From positions 570,001 through 602,000 of the forward strand of contig CP023991.1 of NCBI GenBank assembly GCA_003516025.1: a DNA stretch of 32,000 nucleotides, read 5' to 3'. The position numbers and the translations under genes were made by a program. Below the pieces are notes generated by a model. It did not search any database. It was not told the DNA's origin and saw nothing but the letters and a program-made list of their open reading frames with translations. This DNA is from Candidatus Saccharimonadota bacterium (lineage in GTDB: Bacteria; Patescibacteriota; Saccharimonadia; Saccharimonadales; UBA4665). This document shows positions 7,694 through 14,932 of this stretch, one piece after another. Position 1 is the stretch's first letter. Each line of letters starts with the position of its first letter.

Positions 7694-9175
7694 TTATATC
7701 TTCGGCAAGTGCGGCTCGACCCGCATAACCGGCAGGCAAATGTTGCGGTCCTTCCAAATAACTTCTGAAAATTCATATTTATACATCGAGTAGTTTATAA
7801 GAATGGCGTACCACACGGCCGCGGCCGGTAAGGCGAGCAGGCTCAGCGGCTGGATAGAGTGGTAAGCTATGCGTACAATAAGGGCGTATAGGCTAAACGA
7901 GGCTATGAGTATCAGGGCAAACCCGATCCGATATATATCCTGCGCGACCGCGGCCGCGGGCAGTGTAAACCAAGCTGTTATGACAGCGCTCACGAGGGCG
8001 GTCATTTCCGGACGGCGGTGCAGTTGGGGGTAAGCTACCCGCACGGCCGTTTGCCGTTGCTCATACAGGCTCTTAACGCTGGTGACGCCGAGCGCCGAAC
8101 CGCTCGTCATGAATTCATAACTGCCGCGGCCGGCCAGTTGCTTAGCGAAATGGGCTTCGGGCACAACCATGCGCGCCACCGCCTGAAAGCCACCCAGTTT
8201 TATTAATGTCTTACGGCTGATAACCCAGCAGGTACTGAGGACTGGAGGGCGCTTCCGTCGCTGCCGCGGCAAAGCCAGTTCCCATACATAGCGCATTGGC
8301 TGAACCAACGCCGGCAGCCGGCCGCCGGAAACATTCTGCGGCATCACGCAGATCATCTCCAGGCGCCGTTCCCGCATAAAAGTCATAAGGCGCCGCAAGC
8401 TAAAGACGGCGAATCGTACGTCGACACCGCAGAAGAGCAGGTATTCACCGTTCGCGGCTTCGGTGAGGTTGTCGTAAGCCTGATTTTTGGCCAGCCAACT
8501 GTTTTTAGGATCCGAACCCTTGATAAACCGTACGCCGTCATGGGCGAAGCTCTTGATGATTTCTGGCGTCCGGGTGGACTGCGAACAGTCGTCCAATACG
8601 ATGATTTCCAGTTTTGGATACTGGAGTGCCAACAGGCTGGTGATACACTCGGCCAGGTCTTCCGATTCATTGCGGGCCGGGATAACTACACTGACCGTGG
8701 GCAGCGAAGCAGCGGAGGCAGCAGGCAGATCATCAGGCAAACGACTACGCCGGAGGTAACCGAATACCGTAATGCCGGAAGCAGCAATAAACAGCAGTTG
8801 TAATGCGAGCAACACCCCATAGGCCGCGACCGACGTTACGTAATCCTGTTGCCAGGCTACCGCGAACAGCAGTACGAACGCCTGACAGCCCGCCAGCCAG
8901 AGAGTGGTCCTGAAGACGGCCCGCTCAAGGTAACGTTCATGCATGCGGCCACGAAGCACGCGCGCCACGTTACAGAAGCGGTACACCGATAATAACGAGA
9001 CAAGCATAGTAGCGTAACTGACTTCCACGGCCAATATAAGCACCATGCAGCCAATCAGTACGCTGGCGGCACTAAGGCTGACTGTAAAACGCAGGCGGCG
9101 CAACCGGCCGATACACAGCGGTATGAGAAGTTCGAACAATACGCTAAGAGCGAGTAAAAAGAATAATACTGACAT
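7694..9175 (-). CDS. Membrane-embedded family 2 glycosyltransferase
   Basis: 493-aa ORF. The central GT-A core is VSVVIPARNESEDLAECITSLLALQYPKLEIIVLDDCSQ. Several hydrophobic helices flank the core at both N- and C-termini. Its stop (7694-7696) directly abuts the histidine kinase stop (7691-7693). Confidence 0.85.
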   Translation of the reverse strand: MSVLFFLLALSVLFELLIPLCIGRLRRLRFTVSLSAASVLIGCMVLILAVEVSYATMLVSLLSVYRFCNVARVLRGRMHERYLERAVFRTTLWLAGCQAFVLLFAVAWQQDYVTSVAAYGVLLALQLLFIAASGITVFGYLRRSRLPDDLPAASAASLPTVSVVIPARNESEDLAECITSLLALQYPKLEIIVLDDCSQSTRTPEIIKSFAHDGVRFIKGSDPKNSWLAKNQAYDNLTEAANGEYLLFCGVDVRFAVFSLRRLMTFMRERRLEMICVMPQNVSGGRLPALVQPMRYVWELALPRQRRKRPPVLSTCWVISRKTLIKLGGFQAVARMVVPEAHFAKQLAGRGSYEFMTSGSALGVTSVKSLYEQRQTAVRVAYPQLHRRPEMTALVSAVITAWFTLPAAAVAQDIYRIGFALILIASFSLYALIVRIAYHSIQPLSLLALPAAAVWYAILINYSMYKYEFSEVIWKDRNICLPVMRVEPHLPKI

Positions 9176-9209
9176 ACAATAACTATAGCATTAGCGGCAT
9201 AGTGACTGC

Positions 9210-9266
9210 TTGACGAAACGGTGGCCACGGCGTATGCTTGACATGTGAACGAATCCTACTTATACG
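9210..9266 (+). promoter_or_regulatory. Two tandem sigma70-like promoters upstream of secE
   Basis: P1: TTGACG (9210-9215), 17 nt, TATGCT (9233-9238). P2: TTGACA (9238-9243), 17 nt, TATACG (9261-9266). Confidence 0.45.
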
Positions 9267-9278
9267 GTAGGATTTTTT
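9252..9278 (+). terminator. Terminator-like hairpin plus T-tract inside the secE promoter region
   Basis: AATCCTAC (9252-9259) pairs with GTAGGATT (9267-9274) across a 7-nt loop and is followed by T's to 9278. It would form only in transcripts from P1. Confidence 0.35.
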
Positions 9279-9324
9279 AATAGCTGAGCATTTAGGGTAA
9301 CGCAAGACTACATAAGGAGACGAA

Positions 9325-9750
9325 GTGGCCGAAGACAAATCAGAAGCGGCAGGCAAATCAGACCAAACAGAGCGTACGAAGCGGCGCCTGCGTGCCAATA
9401 GCGAGACCGTCCGCGAGCGTTCCGAAAAACTGCAGCAACAGGACGAAGCCAGGCAGGCCAAAGGCGGTATACGCGCATTTTTGGGAGGCTTCCTGTGGCC
9501 GCTCCGGGCACTGGGACGACAAATCGCAAAACTCGGAAGATTCCGTTTCTTCCGCTGGGTCGGCTTGGTACTACTGCCACCGTATATCCGCAATAGTTGG
9601 CGCGAACTTCGTCAGGTTACCTGGCCTAACCGTAAGAAAACCTTTCAGCTGACCTACGCGGTTATTGTATTTTCAGTATTGTTCGGACTCGTCATCGCAG
9701 GAGTCGATTACGGACTTGATAAGTTATTTAAGGAGATAATTGTAAAATAA
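9325..9750 (+). CDS. secE: Preprotein translocase subunit SecE with a long charged N-terminal extension
   Basis: The C-terminal part VTWPNRKKTFQLTYAVIVFSVLFGLVIAGVDYGLDKLF is the canonical SecE TM segment. It sits immediately upstream of nusG with a TAATG overlap. GTG start with AAGGAG at 9314-9319. Confidence 0.85.
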   Translation: MAEDKSEAAGKSDQTERTKRRLRANSETVRERSEKLQQQDEARQAKGGIRAFLGGFLWPLRALGRQIAKLGRFRFFRWVGLVLLPPYIRNSWRELRQVTWPNRKKTFQLTYAVIVFSVLFGLVIAGVDYGLDKLFKEIIVK

Positions 9751-10295
9751 TGGCTACAAAACGCTACGACACCACCAAGCAATGGTATGCCATCCATACC
9801 TACAGCGGCTACGAAGAAAAAGTCGCCGAAAGTATCCGGCAGCGTGCTGACTCTTTGGACATGAAGGACAAGATTTACGAAGTCCTGGTTCCAAAAGAAA
9901 AAATGATTGAAATTAAGAACGGCAAGCGCCGCGTCGTGGAAAAGAAAATTTTCCAGGGCTACGTTATCGTCCAGATGAAAATGAGTGAAGACGCCTGGTA
10001 CATCGTTCGTAACACCCCGAGCGTTACCGGCTTCGTCGGCTCCGGCACGGAACCGACCCCACTCGGTGAGGAAGAGATCGAGAAAATCCAGAAGCGCATG
10101 GGTCTGGAACAGCCAAAGCACAAGATTGATTACCGCATCGGTGAAGTCGTTTCTATCACCGACGGTCCGTTTAAGGGCTTCGACGGCGCCATAAACGAAA
10201 TCGACGCTCAAAAGGGTAAATTAAAAGTTCTCGTCAACATGTTCGGACGCGAAACTCCGGTTGAGCTCGACTCGCTGCAAGTTAAGCGTGTGTAG
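9750..10295 (+). CDS. nusG: Transcription termination/antitermination factor NusG
   Basis: 181 aa. The NGN domain begins KQWYAIHTYSGYEEKV. KOW motif: GEVVSITDGPFKGFDGAINEID. Confidence 0.95.
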   Translation: MATKRYDTTKQWYAIHTYSGYEEKVAESIRQRADSLDMKDKIYEVLVPKEKMIEIKNGKRRVVEKKIFQGYVIVQMKMSEDAWYIVRNTPSVTGFVGSGTEPTPLGEEEIEKIQKRMGLEQPKHKIDYRIGEVVSITDGPFKGFDGAINEIDAQKGKLKVLVNMFGRETPVELDSLQVKRV

Positions 10296-10297
10296 CC

Positions 10298-10678
10298 ATG
10301 TCTGAGAGCGTACCAGAGCCTGACGATACCGCACCTGTTCCGCGACTGGAACAGGTAATCACCTATCGCTGTATAGCATTACGTGATGAGGCAGTTGCCT
10401 TGCGACTCCATAACCTCTCAGAGCGCGGAATGGCTCTGGTGATAGCATTTAGCGTGAGGACACAGGAAGCGGTTGGTGTTCCGTATGTCGCTGCTTTGAA
10501 CTCTCAATCACCCTATGTAAAAGCCATGAATGTCATAGCTGCCGAAGAGAAATCTGGCGCGATCGCAGAGGGCTCCACGCATGACGCGGTTCAGACAGCT
10601 ATGGAAGGAACATTGGAACACACCTCCTGGAACGAGTACGTAGAGCGCGCTCGCCAATATCCGTCGGCAGGGTCCTAA
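10298..10678 (+). CDS. Hypothetical protein (126 aa, acidic), inserted between nusG and rplK
   Basis: ATG lies 2 nt after the nusG stop. It is the only long ORF in any frame across this interval. I recognise no motif. Confidence 0.6.
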   Translation: MSESVPEPDDTAPVPRLEQVITYRCIALRDEAVALRLHNLSERGMALVIAFSVRTQEAVGVPYVAALNSQSPYVKAMNVIAAEEKSGAIAEGSTHDAVQTAMEGTLEHTSWNEYVERARQYPSAGS

Positions 10679-10728
10679 TCGCCCATCTTGACATAAGAGT
10701 TATAATATTATACACCTGCTGTCAATAG

Positions 10729-10787
10729 GCTTGTGCTTGGCGCGTATTGTACTTGCACGAATTAAGCGTACAGTATTAAGCACAAGC
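10729..10787 (+). promoter_or_regulatory. 59-nt imperfect hairpin between the two inserted ORFs
   Basis: Perfect 10-bp inverted repeat GCTTGTGCTT (10729-10738) / AAGCACAAGC (10778-10787). An inner 8-bp stem pairs 10745-10752 with 10768-10775 (one G-U). A TTGACA box lies at 10688-10693 upstream and AAGGAG at 10795-10800 downstream. Confidence 0.4.
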
Positions 10788-10813
10788 TTAATGTAAGGAG
10801 CATTGCGACCGCG

Positions 10814-11260
10814 ATGTCAGTACACGAAACCTCTCAAACCTCTGTAACACCTGTTATCAGATACGAGTCACGGGGTAATTTAGATTTTATCCTGATACCT
10901 AAAAGTATGCCTCGGGAATATAGCACATCCGTTGATTATTTAACCCGCTTACTACTGGCTGCCGGCGATCCGATGACCGCGGACGACGCCATATTGCTAC
11001 CCATGGACAAAGAGCGGGCTGACCGGCTTAAACTGAGTGAAGGGTTCCGCGGCGCGGATGCGGTCCGCAACGGCCGTAGCTACGAGAACAGGTATGACGC
11101 CGCGACGCGCCTGGCGGAAATGGCAATCGCCACATACTATCCTGAAATAGCGCCTGAAAGCCAGGTTCCAACTGGCGAGACTCTGGCCACAGTCATAGAA
11201 TTTCCGGCCGCTATACCGGCGCCGCGCCGCGAAGACGATCAGGTATTCGCGCAGGCCTAG
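10814..11260 (+). CDS. Hypothetical protein (148 aa), inserted between nusG and rplK
   Basis: ORF with host-like composition and no motif I recognise. The Shine-Dalgarno AAGGAG lies 13 nt upstream, which is long, so the start is somewhat uncertain. Confidence 0.55.
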   Translation: MSVHETSQTSVTPVIRYESRGNLDFILIPKSMPREYSTSVDYLTRLLLAAGDPMTADDAILLPMDKERADRLKLSEGFRGADAVRNGRSYENRYDAATRLAEMAIATYYPEIAPESQVPTGETLATVIEFPAAIPAPRREDDQVFAQA

Positions 11261-11264
11261 ACCC

Positions 11265-11293
11265 TTGGCAAAAACCGCCAGCACTGGTATAAT
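11265..11293 (+). promoter_or_regulatory. Strong extended -10 promoter for rplK
   Basis: TTGGCA (11265-11270), 17 nt, TATAAT (11288-11293), preceded by TGG (TGn). It predicts a leader of about 115 nt containing a CUC-UUCG-GAG hairpin followed by GGGGUUUUAUU (11367-11393) before AAGGAG at 11402-11407. Confidence 0.55.
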
Positions 11294-11415
11294 CACATCT
11301 GTTACGCACTACTAACTCTGCACTTCAGAGGTATAAACAGGTAGGAGAATAACAACCCGTCGCTTCCATTGCTCTTCGGAGTGGGGTTTTATTCGTTAAA
11401 TAAGGAGAATTATAA

Positions 11416-11847
11416 ATGGCAGAAAAACCAATCCGCGCCAATCTTAAGATGAAAATCCCTGGCGGCCGTGCCAGCGCAGCGCCTCCCGTAGGTAGCACGC
11501 TCGGACAGTACGGCGTTAACATGATGGACTTTATTAATCCGTTCAACGACATGACTAAGGATATGCAGGGACAGACCGTTACCGCGCACATCACCGTCTA
11601 CACGGATCGCACCATGAAATTCCGTGTTGTCGGCGCGCCAACCGACGATCGCATCCGCGCTGAGCTTGGAATCAAAAAAGGTTCCGGCAAGCCGAACAGC
11701 GAAAAGCTTCCCCAGAAACTGACGCAGGCTCAACTGCAGAAGATTGCTGAAGAAAAAGCTCACGATATGAACACCGACGATGTCGAAGCCGTTAAGAAAA
11801 TGGTTGCCGGCACAGCCCGTTCAATGGGCGTTGAAGTCGAAGGTTAG
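11416..11847 (+). CDS. rplK: 50S ribosomal protein L11
   Basis: 143 aa. Contains PPVGSTLGQYGVNMMDF, ...GSGKPN..., and a C-terminal GTARSMGVEVEG typical of L11. Confidence 0.95.
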   Translation: MAEKPIRANLKMKIPGGRASAAPPVGSTLGQYGVNMMDFINPFNDMTKDMQGQTVTAHITVYTDRTMKFRVVGAPTDDRIRAELGIKKGSGKPNSEKLPQKLTQAQLQKIAEEKAHDMNTDDVEAVKKMVAGTARSMGVEVEG

Positions 11848-11848
11848 C

Positions 11849-12049
11849 ATGGCCGAATTAATGTTTCAACGCGTGTACAGCCCTGATACATCTATATATC
11901 CCGTAACAGAGCCACGTGACGAAGCCGCGATCGACCAGGACAACCGGAGAGTCGCATATAATACACTGCGGTCCGCGCGGGAAGCAGGTGAGATCCAAAC
12001 CGCTCAAGAAATGCTTGGCGTTATCGCTTTCTCGGAAGCTCACGAATAA
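11849..12049 (+). CDS. Small acidic hypothetical protein (66 aa) between rplK and rplA
   Basis: ATG at 11849 lies 1 nt after the rplK stop, with GAAGG 5-6 nt upstream. The track version (11780) overlaps rplK. Counted net charge is about -6. Confidence 0.5.
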   Translation: MAELMFQRVYSPDTSIYPVTEPRDEAAIDQDNRRVAYNTLRSAREAGEIQTAQEMLGVIAFSEAHE

Positions 12050-12051
12050 AT

Positions 12052-12258
12052 ATGTCGATTACTGAAATTTACACCGCCTATGATGACACATTCGACATAC
12101 TGCCCGAGGATCAAGATATATGTTTCGAGTCCGACCACGCGCCGTTTGAAATTGAGCATGACAGGCGGAAGACCGCGGCGGAAGTAATGCGGCTTGTTCC
12201 AGAAACCATTGTTCCGGCTTTTGATCTTGAGACACGGATCAAAGAGAAAATTGTTTAA
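12052..12258 (+). CDS. Small very acidic hypothetical protein (68 aa) between rplK and rplA
   Basis: ATG lies 2 nt after the preceding stop. I count 17 D/E versus 7 K/R. No motif recognised. Confidence 0.5.
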   Translation: MSITEIYTAYDDTFDILPEDQDICFESDHAPFEIEHDRRKTAAEVMRLVPETIVPAFDLETRIKEKIV

Positions 12259-12314
12259 TTAAGATTGTGGGAGGCTCGTAAAACAGCCGTTCGCACCACT
12301 AAAGGAGAATAATT

Positions 12315-13277
12315 ATGGCAGACGCCAATCCAGGAAAATCAAAGAAGAAAGTAGCTGAACTGGGCGACGAAGGTATTGCTGACGTTACCACCACGGCAGA
12401 AGCAACGGAAGTCGTGGAAGAGAAGCACGAAGCTAAAACCGCGTCAGTCGCCAAGTCCGGCAAGCGCAGCGCGAAGTCATTGGCTGAAGCTGAAGCTGAT
12501 GCCGCCAAAGAAGAGCGCAAAGCTTCTAAAACTACCGCCGAGGGCGAAGAAGCACCAAAGCAGAAGCATAACCCAACCCGTTCTAAATTAGAGCGCTCTG
12601 GCAAAAACTTCAAAAAAGCCGCTGAACAGATCGAAAAAGACAAGTCTTACGGTTTGGAAGAAGCTTTGGAACTGGCAACCAAGACCAGCCCGGTTAAGTT
12701 TGACGCTACCGTTGAGCTGCATGTCAACCTGCGTGTTGACCCGCGCCATGCCGACCAGAACATCCGCGACAACTTCGTTTTACCGCAAGGTACTGGTAAA
12801 AGCGTGCGTGTCGCCGTCTTCGCGGACGTTGATGACGCGGCAGCCGCCACTAAAGCCGGTGCCGACATCGCCGGTATCGAAGACATCACCAAAATGCTCG
12901 ATAAGGGCAACATGGACTTCGATATCCTGGTTGCGACACCATCACAGATGGCTAAGCTTGGTAAGTACGCCCGGGCTCTCGGTCCTCGCGGTTTGATGCC
13001 CAACCCTAAGAGCGGTACGGTTACGACTGACGTCACTAAGGCTGTTACAGAAGCTAAAGCCGGCCGTGTTGAGTACCGCGTTGATTCAACCGGTATCGTT
13101 CACCTCGGCATGGGTAAGGTCAGCTTCGGTACCGCCCGTTTACTGGAAAATGCTCAAGCAGTATTAGCCAACATCAAGGCTAACAAACCTGCCAGCGTTA
13201 AAGGTACCTATGTAAAGGCCATCCACATTTCAACCACTATGGGCCCATCCATCACGGTTGAAACCAGCGCCCTGTAG
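12315..13277 (+). CDS. rplA: 50S ribosomal protein L1 with an N-terminal K/E/A-rich extension of about 90 aa
   Basis: The core from about residue 92 ([57 protein letters not shown]...) aligns with bacterial L1. AAGGAG at 12302-12307 supports ATG 12315. There is no other ATG in the first ~110 codons. Confidence 0.92.
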   Translation: MADANPGKSKKKVAELGDEGIADVTTTAEATEVVEEKHEAKTASVAKSGKRSAKSLAEAEADAAKEERKASKTTAEGEEAPKQKHNPTRSKLERSGKNFKKAAEQIEKDKSYGLEEALELATKTSPVKFDATVELHVNLRVDPRHADQNIRDNFVLPQGTGKSVRVAVFADVDDAAAATKAGADIAGIEDITKMLDKGNMDFDILVATPSQMAKLGKYARALGPRGLMPNPKSGTVTTDVTKAVTEAKAGRVEYRVDSTGIVHLGMGKVSFGTARLLENAQAVLANIKANKPASVKGTYVKAIHISTTMGPSITVETSAL

Positions 13278-13302
13278 CCTAAGACGCTCCGCGTTCGCAT
13301 AT

Positions 13303-13332
13303 AAGCACCCTCGGTAATTCAGGGTGCTTTTT
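13303..13332 (+). terminator. Intrinsic terminator after rplA
   Basis: AAGCACCCT (13303-13311) pairs with AGGGTGCTT (13321-13329) across a 9-nt loop, with a T-run to 13332. Confidence 0.75.
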
Positions 13333-13350
13333 GCATGCTACAATACCAGC

Positions 13351-14106
13351 ATGAAAATAATTGGCATCTGTGGGGAAATTGGAAGCGGTAAATCGACGTT
13401 TGCCGAACTTATCACCGGTATCGATACGGAACACTCCCTGCACTTGGAAACCTCAACCATCATCAGCGAACTTGGTAATACGTTTAATGTAAGCCTGCGG
13501 GAGCATGATATTACGCAGGACGATGATATCGCTGTAACGAATACCATACTGCCCACGTTGCTACCCCAGTTAGCCACAATGGCCGAACGTGACATTGGCA
13601 TAAACGAGTTAGGCATCAACCCGGCTGACGCGCAGTTGCACCCGCAGTGGTATGAGAAATTATTTGTGTACTTAGATCTCATCCGGCAGCAGCCGCAGCT
13701 GATCGAGGATATTATTACTCCGGCGAATAAAGATACCTACCGCCCGTTGCTCCAGTGGATTGGTGGTTACGTGCTTTACCGGCTGGACAATCCGCTGTTG
13801 TGGTACCAGGAGCTAATGCACCGGGTTCATTGGGAGCAAGACGTTAATTTGGTAGCCTTAACGGCGCCACGGCAGCCAGCCGAAGGCGACTTTGTACGGC
13901 AGATGGGTGGCCAAGTCATAAAAGTGGTCCGGCCAATCCTTACTGCCGATACTGCCGATGTCACAGAGCAGAATGCGCTCCGTATCGTAGCCGACATAAC
14001 GGTAATCAATAATGGAACGCTGGAAGAGCTGGCGGCCCTGGCCGGTCGGCTTCACCGGGATATAACACATGGCATGCCGGGCGCTGTCTATATCGCTCAC
14101 GAATAA
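13351..14106 (+). CDS. P-loop nucleotide kinase-like protein (dephospho-CoA kinase / dNMP kinase-like)
   Basis: MKIIGICGEIGSGKSTFAE is a Walker A in a CoaE/dNMP-kinase-like context. The C-terminal VINNGTLEELAAL resembles the end of that fold. I prefer ATG 13351 because the track start 13324 lies inside the rplA terminator. Confidence 0.6.
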   Translation: MKIIGICGEIGSGKSTFAELITGIDTEHSLHLETSTIISELGNTFNVSLREHDITQDDDIAVTNTILPTLLPQLATMAERDIGINELGINPADAQLHPQWYEKLFVYLDLIRQQPQLIEDIITPANKDTYRPLLQWIGGYVLYRLDNPLLWYQELMHRVHWEQDVNLVALTAPRQPAEGDFVRQMGGQVIKVVRPILTADTADVTEQNALRIVADITVINNGTLEELAALAGRLHRDITHGMPGAVYIAHE

Positions 14107-14218
14107 TTCCGTAAAAGCATGTGCGTGTTGTGAAACGTTTTGCGTAAAAAACACATTATTATTTGCTTGCCCTCGCGTGAACAGATTAGTAGAATACTGA
14201 CTAGCGGAGGAGAACACT

Positions 14219-14932
14219 TTGGGAGTTTACAGTAATCTTGATATTAGGCGCGCACTCGACGAAGGTCATATTGTGTGCCACCCTTTTAACCCTAAGCAAG
14301 TCAGCCATGCCAGCCTGGATGTCACACTTGGTTATTATTTTTACCGCATGGAGCGCATGCAAGAACGCACGATTTATAATCCATTCGACCGCGAAGATGT
14401 GGAACGGTACTTTGACGGCCCGTATAAGGCGATGCCTCACGGTGAGTGGTGCAAGCTTAATGGCCTAACTCCTTATAAAAACATCCCGTTAGACCATCCG
14501 GTCATCGCGCTTAAGCCACGCGAACGTATCCTGGCGCATACCCACGAATTTTTTGGCATTAAACCACCTGGCGCCGCAGAAGTGAAAGCGCGCTCCAGCT
14601 GGGGACGCAACGGTGTGGCCGTGTGCTTTGACGCTGGTTGGATTGACCCCGGTTACATTAACCGCCTGACACTGGAAATTTATAACCTCAATGAGCGTGA
14701 AACGGTATTACTACCGGTCGGAGAGCGCATCGCTCAGATCATTTACCACACGACCGGCGAGGTAGAAGGTAGCTACGGCGAAGGCAGGGATGAAGGTTTT
14801 AGCGGCAAGTACCAACAGGGCAGTGACCTGGAAACGATCATCAAAACATGGTCACCAGATATGATGCTGCCCCGGGCCTATAAAGACTCACGAACTATGC
14901 CTGTTAAGGTTGAGGGCTTGTCTTATGAGTAA
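14219..14932 (+). CDS. dcd: dCTP deaminase family protein (Dcd / dUTPase superfamily)
   Basis: 237 aa. N-terminal LDIRRALDEGHIV...ASLDVTLG and core ARSSWGRNGV...AGWIDPGYINRLTLEIYNLN parallel the E. coli Dcd blocks (GRSSLARLG...IDPGW...LE.YN). TTG start with GGAGGAG upstream. The 3' end overlaps the next gene by 8 nt. Confidence 0.8.
   Translation: MGVYSNLDIRRALDEGHIVCHPFNPKQVSHASLDVTLGYYFYRMERMQERTIYNPFDREDVERYFDGPYKAMPHGEWCKLNGLTPYKNIPLDHPVIALKPRERILAHTHEFFGIKPPGAAEVKARSSWGRNGVAVCFDAGWIDPGYINRLTLEIYNLNERETVLLPVGERIAQIIYHTTGEVEGSYGEGRDEGFSGKYQQGSDLETIIKTWSPDMMLPRAYKDSRTMPVKVEGLSYE

Noticed and set aside
9183-9593. 136-aa and 90-aa minus-strand Arg-rich ORFs
   Set aside because: They are antisense to secE and its promoter region. 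The Arg/Ser/Pro-rich composition is typical of out-of-frame reading, and they would overlap two promoters and an RBS.
9708-10211. 167-aa minus-strand ORF
   Set aside because: It lies entirely antisense to nusG, which has clear NGN and KOW motifs.
13351-14932. Interpreting the P-loop kinase-like gene plus dcd as a split kinase-dCTP-deaminase nucleotide-depletion defence system
   Set aside because: I did not adopt this as the primary call. dcd is translationally coupled (8-nt overlap) to tmk-thyX, giving a coherent dTTP-synthesis route, and composition is host-like. It is kept only as an alternative hypothesis in the findings.
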